Of a stretch of 64,000 nt of DNA, positions 57,384 through 64,000 are shown one piece after another. The position numbers and the translations under genes were made by a program. The notes below the pieces were generated by a model that was not told the origin of the DNA, searched no databases, and was given only the letters and a program-made list of their open reading frames with translations. The stretch is from Candidatus Omnitrophota bacterium (GTDB lineage: Bacteria > Omnitrophota > Gorgyraeia > Duberdicusellales > 4484-171). The stretch is taken from positions 197,464 through 261,463 of the forward strand of contig JBAWWL010000001.1 in NCBI GenBank assembly GCA_037146775.1, given 5' to 3'. Every line of letters begins with the position of its first letter. Position 1 is the stretch's first letter.

Positions 57384-58552
57384 ATGTTATCTATTCTATT
57401 GGTTCTCGGTTTGGGGAAAGTGGCATAGGGTATATTGCATATCAGTTTGTGCGTCATTTTTACGGACAAGGGTATTTAAAGAAGCTTTTTGCACTTTCTG
57501 TCGTTCCCACAGAAATAGAAAAAATGCTCGTTTGTACTTGTCCAGGTCTTCGACAGCTTTCTCGGCTCTTGAAAGTGCCGAATCGTTTTATATCGTTGAA
57601 TGATTGGGCCTCTTTAAGGGACAGTTTTTTCGATCGCTGGGTTAGTCGTAGGCTAGAAAGCGCTGATATTTTTCATGGCTGGCTTGGCCAGTCGTTTTTT
57701 TCGATAAAGCACGCTAAGAGAAAGGGCATGGTTACGTTTCTTGAGCATCCAAGCGCGCATGCGCTCTATCAGCAGCGTTTATTGGAAAGAGAATACGAGC
57801 ATTGTAAAGTGAATTTTAGGCCCGATACCCCCGCCATTATTCGCAGAAATTTAGCAGAATACGAAGCAGTAGACTTTATTGTTGTTCCTTCCCGGTTTGT
57901 TTATGACTCATTTGTGCAGCAAGGCGTTTCGAGTAAAAAGATTATTTTGGTGCCCTACGGGGTAGATACTGATCGATTTAGCGTCCGTCAGCCAGAAGAA
58001 CACAACGGTATATTTCGTGTTGTGTTTGTCGGCCAGATAGGCCTGCGTAAGGGAGTGCATTATTTACTCCAAGCCTGGTCAGAGTTGCGTCTCGCCCAAG
58101 CAGAGCTTATTGTCGCAGGCTGGACTCATCCCGATATCGTGCACATTCTTAAGGATTACAGAAATGTCGAAAATATTCATATTAAAGATTTTATATCTGA
58201 GCCCGCCGCTCTCTACCAAACCGCCGATATTTGTGTATTCCCTTCAATAGAAGATGGTTTTGGTCTGGTAGTGCTCGAGGCCATGGCTTGTGGTAAACCG
58301 GTTATTATTACCGAGAATACAGGAGCCAAAGATGTGGTGGTAGACGGCCAGGATGGTTTTGTGATCCCGGCCGGTAGTTTAGAAAAGTTAAAAGAGAAGA
58401 TCCTGTATTTTTATAATAACAGGCAAGTTGCGCACAGCATGGGTGAAGTAGCCAGGAAAAGAGTTCAAAAGTATAGCTGGCAAAGTAGCGCCGAGGCGCT
58501 ATATGCGGCTTATAAAACTATTTTAGCCCAACACATATCGCAAGATGAGTAA
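57380..58552 (+). CDS. Glycosyltransferase family 4
   Basis: PYGVD, FVGQIGLRKGV, FPSIEDGFGLVVLEAMACG. Confidence 0.92.
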   Translation: MNVIYSIGSRFGESGIGYIAYQFVRHFYGQGYLKKLFALSVVPTEIEKMLVCTCPGLRQLSRLLKVPNRFISLNDWASLRDSFFDRWVSRRLESADIFHGWLGQSFFSIKHAKRKGMVTFLEHPSAHALYQQRLLEREYEHCKVNFRPDTPAIIRRNLAEYEAVDFIVVPSRFVYDSFVQQGVSSKKIILVPYGVDTDRFSVRQPEEHNGIFRVVFVGQIGLRKGVHYLLQAWSELRLAQAELIVAGWTHPDIVHILKDYRNVENIHIKDFISEPAALYQTADICVFPSIEDGFGLVVLEAMACGKPVIITENTGAKDVVVDGQDGFVIPAGSLEKLKEKILYFYNNRQVAHSMGEVARKRVQKYSWQSSAEALYAAYKTILAQHISQDE

Positions 58553-59309
58553 GCAATTAAATGAGATTTCTCGAGCCTGGAGTGAGCGGCATAAATCGAA
58601 AGAACACTACGTTCGTTTTCAATTTTTGGCCGCAGAAGAAGAGATCTCTTCGTACGATAAATTTGTTACTTTCAAAGGCAAGAAGGTCTTGGATGTTGGC
58701 TGTGGCTTGGGCGGGAAAACTGTTCGATACGCTCAATGTGCCGGTTGTGTTGTTGCTGTTGATTGCAATCTTGACGATCTTCTTTTTGCCGGGAAATTTT
58801 CTCGTTCTTCCGGTGCGCCCGTACATTTCACGCGCGCTGATATCCACAGTCTGCCTTTCAAGGATAATTTTTTTGATATTGTAATTTTGAATGACATTAT
58901 AGAACATGTATGTGATCCCCTAAGGGCTCTGCGGGAATGTAAAAGAGTGCTGGTTCCCGGCGGTATTCTTTTCATGAATTTTCCTCCTTTTTACGGACCG
59001 CAAGGAGGCCATGTCGGTTATTATTTTTCGGTTCCCTGGGTTCATCTTCTTCCCAGAAGGGTCGTCAAGTGGCTCTTACTGCGTAAGGAGCCGAAAGAGG
59101 GCTGGTTTACTCCACAGTCAATATCGGATGATTTTAACAGCACCAATCGAATGGCTATCAGGCGTTGTAAGCGTTATATCGCTCGTACCGGCTGGAAAGT
59201 GAAGTATTGTGATATTCGGCCATGTAACCATCGGATAAAGAGTATCATTACCTGGCCATTGATAAATGAGTTATTGGCTGAGAATATTCACTTTGTATTA
59301 GAAAAATAA
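58545..59309 (+). CDS. Class I SAM-dependent methyltransferase
   Basis: VLDVGCGLGG, LPFKDNFFD, EHV.DP, RVLVPGG. Confidence 0.9.
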   Translation: MSKQLNEISRAWSERHKSKEHYVRFQFLAAEEEISSYDKFVTFKGKKVLDVGCGLGGKTVRYAQCAGCVVAVDCNLDDLLFAGKFSRSSGAPVHFTRADIHSLPFKDNFFDIVILNDIIEHVCDPLRALRECKRVLVPGGILFMNFPPFYGPQGGHVGYYFSVPWVHLLPRRVVKWLLLRKEPKEGWFTPQSISDDFNSTNRMAIRRCKRYIARTGWKVKYCDIRPCNHRIKSIITWPLINELLAENIHFVLEK

Positions 59310-59312
59310 ACC

Positions 59313-61643
59313 ATGAAAGTTGCTTATTTACTCGGACAGTTCCCGGTTTTATCTGAGATATTTATCGTTGATGAAGTGCTCCAGCTTCAAAAAATGGGCA
59401 TTGAAGTATCTATTTTTGCTTTTGATAAGCCCGGAAATAAACTTGTGCATAAAGAAGCCCAAGGATTGTCGGCTAAGGCGCGGTATGCCTGCAATCCTAA
59501 AGCAGGCTGGCACGCATTAGGTGCAGTTTTTTTCGCTAATCTATTTTTTTTTCTACGTGCACCGATAATCTATAGCAGCTATTTTAGAAAGTATTTTTTC
59601 AAGATAGGAAAAAAAGAATTCTTACAAATTTTTTATATATGCCGACACATTAAAAAAGAAAAAGTAACCCATCTCTATGCTCACTTTGCCTGTCTTAGTA
59701 CTACGGCAGCGATGATAGCTTCCCGCCTCCTGAATATACCTTTTAGTTTCGCGGTGCACGGTTATGATATCTTTGTGGTAAACGACTTCCTAAAAGAAAA
59801 ACTTGAGGCTGCGACTTATGTCGTGGTGGGGACACATTATATAAAGAGTTTTTTGTTAGAGAAATATCCGCACATAAACCCGGCCAAGATCGCAATCATT
59901 CGCTACGGCATAGACACAACTCGTTATCAGCCCAAGGTTTCGTCTCAAAAAAGTACACATCAGGGGGTGCGGTTATTGAGCGGAGCGAGATTTGTGGAGA
60001 AGAAAGGCTTCATGTATCTTATAAGAGCCTGTAAATATTTAAAAGAAAAAGGGTTGAATTTTCATTGCGATATTTTTGGCTATGGTCCTCTGGAAAAGCA
60101 GCTTTACGATGAAACAGCAAAATTAAAACTTCAAGATGTGATTGCCTTCCTGGGCGCAATCGATAGCGATGGACTTATCCGCCTTTTACAAGAAAACGAT
60201 ATTTTTGTGGTGCCATCTATTATTGCCGGTGACGGCGACCGGGAAGGCATGCCTATTACTTTACTTTCGGCTATGGCGGCTCAAAATGCGGTGGTGTCGA
60301 CAGAAACTTCCGGCATACCGGAAGTAGTCGTTTCTGGAGAGAACGGGATTTTGGTGAAAGAGAAAGATGTACAAGGTTTAGCAGGAGCGCTTGAGCGGTT
60401 GATAATGTCCGAAACGCTGCGGTTAACATTGGCGGGAAGAGCTCGTCGGACAATTACGGAAAGTTTTAGCCTGACAGAGCACGCTCGTTTGTTGGCTGCG
60501 CTATGGAGTGCGCCGCAACAAAAAATTTTTAAGATTTTATATGTGAATAAAACAGCTTCAATAGGCGGGGCTGAAGTAAGCCTGCTTAATCTCATAAAGC
60601 AGCTTGATAGAAAAATATTTTTTCCCGTTGTGGTTGTGCCCGGGCATGGCCCTTTCACCCATGCGTTAGCTGCTATGGGGGTTACGGTTAAGAATCTTGC
60701 GGTGAGCGAATTTTCCCGCCGTAGAGTGTTGTCTTTTTTTCTTGCAACGATGAAGTTGTCGCGTTTTATTAGGCAGGAAAAGATTGATTTGGTGCATGTG
60801 AATTCTATCTATGCTGCCGAGCAAAGTTTTTTTGCGTCTCAATGGGCTAAAGTTGCTTGTGTATGCCACATACGGGATTTGGTGCCGGTGTTGGGCGGCG
60901 GCGCTATGCGCATAAACGCATTTAAGAAGGCGGAAAAGTTAATTGCTATTTCCGAGGCCGTGAAAAAAGACCTTATTGCGCAATTAGAAATTCCCGAGGA
61001 GAAAATAATACGAATTTATAATGGCGTCGATACGAAAGAGTTTAATCCGGAGATACGCGCAGATATTTTCAAAAAAGAGTTTCATCTGGAGGGAAAAAGG
61101 CTTATCGGTATGGTAGCGCGGTTTGTTCCGGAAAAAGGCCAGGAATTATTTTTACGTGTCGCGCAGGCGGTGAGTAAGGTACATCCGGAAGCGCATTTTA
61201 TAATTGCGGGGGATGCGGCCTTGGGTAAAGAAGCGTATCGTAAAAAGATGATGGAACTAATAGTTACGTTAGGCCTGGAGAGTAAAGTAACTTGTACTGG
61301 TTTTAGAACTGACATGCCATATATGATTGCGGCGTTGGATATTGTGGCAGTTCCCTCGTGGGCTGAACCGTTTGGCCGGGTGATTATCGAGGCTTTTGCC
61401 TGCGGCAAACCAGTAGTGGCTTTTAAAGCTGGCGCCAGCGAAGAAATTATTTCTGCAAATTGCGGCATATTGGTTAGCCCTGGCGACATTGCTGTGTTTA
61501 GCGAGGCAATACGTTATCTTTTGGAAAATGAAAGTGTGCGCAAGCAGTTAGGTGAACAGGCAAGAGCTATGGTTGTGCAGCGATTTAATATAGAGAGCAA
61601 TATCAAGACAACTCAGGAACTTTATCAAAAAATTTTGCAGTAA
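59313..61643 (+). CDS. Two-domain GT4-GT4 glycosyltransferase (N-terminal half WcaL-like)
   Basis: FPVLSE.FI, AHF, GDREGMP..L..AMA; second domain GGAE, EKGQ, EPFGRVIIEAFACGKPVV. Confidence 0.9.
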   Translation: MKVAYLLGQFPVLSEIFIVDEVLQLQKMGIEVSIFAFDKPGNKLVHKEAQGLSAKARYACNPKAGWHALGAVFFANLFFFLRAPIIYSSYFRKYFFKIGKKEFLQIFYICRHIKKEKVTHLYAHFACLSTTAAMIASRLLNIPFSFAVHGYDIFVVNDFLKEKLEAATYVVVGTHYIKSFLLEKYPHINPAKIAIIRYGIDTTRYQPKVSSQKSTHQGVRLLSGARFVEKKGFMYLIRACKYLKEKGLNFHCDIFGYGPLEKQLYDETAKLKLQDVIAFLGAIDSDGLIRLLQENDIFVVPSIIAGDGDREGMPITLLSAMAAQNAVVSTETSGIPEVVVSGENGILVKEKDVQGLAGALERLIMSETLRLTLAGRARRTITESFSLTEHARLLAALWSAPQQKIFKILYVNKTASIGGAEVSLLNLIKQLDRKIFFPVVVVPGHGPFTHALAAMGVTVKNLAVSEFSRRRVLSFFLATMKLSRFIRQEKIDLVHVNSIYAAEQSFFASQWAKVACVCHIRDLVPVLGGGAMRINAFKKAEKLIAISEAVKKDLIAQLEIPEEKIIRIYNGVDTKEFNPEIRADIFKKEFHLEGKRLIGMVARFVPEKGQELFLRVAQAVSKVHPEAHFIIAGDAALGKEAYRKKMMELIVTLGLESKVTCTGFRTDMPYMIAALDIVAVPSWAEPFGRVIIEAFACGKPVVAFKAGASEEIISANCGILVSPGDIAVFSEAIRYLLENESVRKQLGEQARAMVVQRFNIESNIKTTQELYQKILQ

Positions 61644-61664
61644 TTACTAAAAAGGCGATAGGTA

Positions 61665-63626
61665 ATGAACAAAATCTCAATTGTCATAACGACGTTTAAC
61701 CGGAAAGAACCTCTTTTGCGAACACTTGCATCGCTTTTGGCGCAGGATGCGCAAGCTTGCGAAATAATTATCGTAGACCAGAATTCGCAGCCTGATGACG
61801 GGTTGCTTAGTTTTATACAAGAACATTGTGATACGGTGCATTATATAAAAAGTACGACTAAGGGTGCTGCTTTGGGCAGAAATGTGGGTTGGCCTCAGGC
61901 AAAGGGCGATATTATCTTGTTTTGTGACGATGATATTGTGGCTTTACCAACTTTGGTAAGTGGGCATCTTGGTTGTTATGCCGATAGCCATGTTGGCGGT
62001 GTCGCCGGCAGGGTGCTTACCGATAATGATAAGCCGGTTAAGCTTGGCGCTCGAGTAGGCAGAATAAGGCATTTTGATGGCAAGATGTGGAGTAATTTTA
62101 ACGCTGATTTTAGTACGGAAGTCGAGCATATTTGGGGTTGTAATATGTCCTTTCGTAAAGCACTCATCGAACGTGCCGGCGGATTTGACGAGCGTTTGGT
62201 CGGAACGTCTTCTTTTGATGACGCTGATCTAACGTTTGGGGTGAGTAAGCTTGGCTATAAAATACTTTTTTCACCACTTGCCGCCGCGACCCATGTTTTT
62301 GCCAAAGAGGGTGGCTGCCATGACCTTTCTTTTGCCGAAAAAATGTACTGGTATTACCACAATTTCATGATCTTTTATCTCAAACATTTGCCGAAGATTT
62401 ATTTCTTATTTTTTTTGTTGCGCCAATTTGGCGGTATTATCCGGAGAGCCCTGATTATCCGTGATGTCCAGGTAATACGAAAAGGCGTATGCGGATTAAT
62501 GGACGGGTGGTATGAATATAAAAGAGACCGTAAGGCTAAGCGTTTTCGAGCGCGTTTTAATAAAGAGAAGGTCAGGCGGATACTTTTGACGCGCACGCAA
62601 AGTATCGGAGATGTAATCAATTTCATCCCCACGCTCAAGGTTATGCGGGAAAATTTTCCGCAGGCACATATCAGTATTCTAACTGGCCGGCCGTGGGGAA
62701 AGGAACTCATGGAAAGTTGTCCCTTGGTTGATGAGGTGCTTTATTTTCCCTACAAGGGTTTGCCTCGATTTGCGTTTGAAAAAATTAGATTTATCCGGTT
62801 GCTGCGCAAGAAGCGTTTTGACTTGGTTGTCGCTTCGACCGTTGACATTGGTTTTGCCCTGAAAGCATTTTTGATTGCTGCGCCTTATCGTATAGGGTTT
62901 TGCGAATTTGTTTTTCCTCAAGGCACTAGCATTAAGGATAAGTTTGCTTTCCTTTATTCCGCAACGCTGGTGCGTAACAGCCATGAACACGAAATTGATA
63001 TGAATCTCAAATTAATTAGTTTGTTGGGCGTAGAAGATAAAGGTGCCTCTGGAGCAATCTGGGTTAGCCCTGAAGACAAAGCATTTGCCGAACAACTTTT
63101 CCGGAAATATGGCCTAAATAATACGCCCAGCGTTATAGTGAACGCGTTTGCTAACACCGATTCGTATAATTGGCCGCAGGAAAAATATGCCCAGCTTATC
63201 CGCTATCTATTGACTACCTATGAACTTTCGGTGGTGCTGGTTGGTTCCGACAGACATCAGCAATTAAATGATGGGCTGGCTAAGATGGTTGGATTGCCGG
63301 TTTGTAATCTGGCCGGTAAAACTACGGTTGGCCAGTTTATTGCACTCATAAATGAAAGCAATTTATTTATCGGTAATAATTCCGGGCCTAGCCACATTGC
63401 TGCAGCTCTGGATAAACCGTCGGTTGTGTTCTTTGGTCGTTTAAATGCCGGGCAATATGCGCCTCGCGGTACGCATTGTATTGTGATCCATAAGAGAAAA
63501 GAAGGCGTAGAGCGTATCGATAATGATTGTGTAGCGAGCGAATCGTTACGCAGTATTGAATTGGCTGAGGCTATAAAAGCGGTAGCATATCTTTTAGACA
63601 ATGTAATCTTTGCAAAAAAGAAATGA
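61665..63626 (+). CDS. GT2 + GT9 (heptosyltransferase-like) fusion
   Basis: ISIVITTFNR, FCDDD, GCNMSFR, GGFDE; then IGDV...P, NLAGKT, GNNSGPSHIAAAL. Confidence 0.88.
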   Translation: MNKISIVITTFNRKEPLLRTLASLLAQDAQACEIIIVDQNSQPDDGLLSFIQEHCDTVHYIKSTTKGAALGRNVGWPQAKGDIILFCDDDIVALPTLVSGHLGCYADSHVGGVAGRVLTDNDKPVKLGARVGRIRHFDGKMWSNFNADFSTEVEHIWGCNMSFRKALIERAGGFDERLVGTSSFDDADLTFGVSKLGYKILFSPLAAATHVFAKEGGCHDLSFAEKMYWYYHNFMIFYLKHLPKIYFLFFLLRQFGGIIRRALIIRDVQVIRKGVCGLMDGWYEYKRDRKAKRFRARFNKEKVRRILLTRTQSIGDVINFIPTLKVMRENFPQAHISILTGRPWGKELMESCPLVDEVLYFPYKGLPRFAFEKIRFIRLLRKKRFDLVVASTVDIGFALKAFLIAAPYRIGFCEFVFPQGTSIKDKFAFLYSATLVRNSHEHEIDMNLKLISLLGVEDKGASGAIWVSPEDKAFAEQLFRKYGLNNTPSVIVNAFANTDSYNWPQEKYAQLIRYLLTTYELSVVLVGSDRHQQLNDGLAKMVGLPVCNLAGKTTVGQFIALINESNLFIGNNSGPSHIAAALDKPSVVFFGRLNAGQYAPRGTHCIVIHKRKEGVERIDNDCVASESLRSIELAEAIKAVAYLLDNVIFAKKK

Positions 63627-63687
63627 TCGTATATATTTTATGGTCTCCTGAGTTACGACAGAATATCTGAAAAGTAATATATAGTAT

Positions 63688-64000
63688 ATGAAGAAAGAAA
63701 GAATATTATTAACTGATTGTCAGAAGATAAAACGTATCTTAGTTACCCGTATGCAAGGTTTGGGCGATGCGGTGTGTTTTATACCGACGCTGCGGATTTT
63801 GAGAGAAAGTTTTCCTCAGGCAGAAATCACTGTATTAAGCGGCAGATTGCCGGCCAAGGAACTATTTGAGGTATGCCCTTTTGTTAATAAGGTTATTTTT
63901 TACGATGTTGATAAAGAACGTAATTTTTTTGATAAATTAAACTTTATTAAGTATTTACGCCGACAGCGTTTCGATATCTCCGTGGCTTCGTCGTATGAAG
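63688..64000 (+). CDS. GT9 heptosyltransferase-like protein, runs off the window (absent from ORF track)
   Basis: ATG 63688: MKKERILL..KIKRILVTRMQGLGDAVCFIPTLRILRESFPQAEITVL; resembles the GT9 half of the upstream gene. Confidence 0.85.
   Translation, partial: MKKERILLTDCQKIKRILVTRMQGLGDAVCFIPTLRILRESFPQAEITVLSGRLPAKELFEVCPFVNKVIFYDVDKERNFFDKLNFIKYLRRQRFDISVASSYE

Overview
Chromosomal window from a diderm bacterium; lptFG and mlaEFD plus Firmicutes-like gene order suggest Candidatus Omnitrophota or a relative (inference only). 1-28 kb is mostly housekeeping: clpC (partial), mlaEFD, radA, PIN/TRAM, ispD, ispF, cysS, tmk, holB, PSP1, metG, tatD, DUF362, mtnA, thiL, tsaE, tsaB, alr, lptG, lptF, comF, nifS, nadA, mnmA, larE. 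It is interrupted by a 484-bp direct duplication of the comF promoter and 5' end that brackets an AT-rich methyltransferase gene. 29.0-37.7 kb is a SynChlorMet-type RiPP cluster: PqqD/RRE, two radical SAM/SPASM enzymes, a 74-aa Cys/Ser/Gly/Tyr repeat precursor with a WxxPxL leader, an HprK-like kinase, an S26 peptidase, a GT4, an ABC exporter and a nucleotidyltransferase. 37.7-64 kb is a large surface-polysaccharide locus. It starts with a consensus promoter inside 10-bp phased repeats and a BldC-like HTH gene. It contains three Wzc-type modules (one a probable pseudokinase), Wza, an ExeA ATPase, PilZ and a degenerate HD-GYP. It also has an unusual signalling block: a soluble kinase, a membrane-anchored receiver with a receiver-less paralog, and a Schlafen/AlbA_2-TM-TPR fusion. 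Wzm/Wzt, glycosyltransferases and methyltransferases follow. No rRNA, tRNA, CRISPR array, integrase or transposase was recognised. All family calls come from motif recognition by eye, not database searches.
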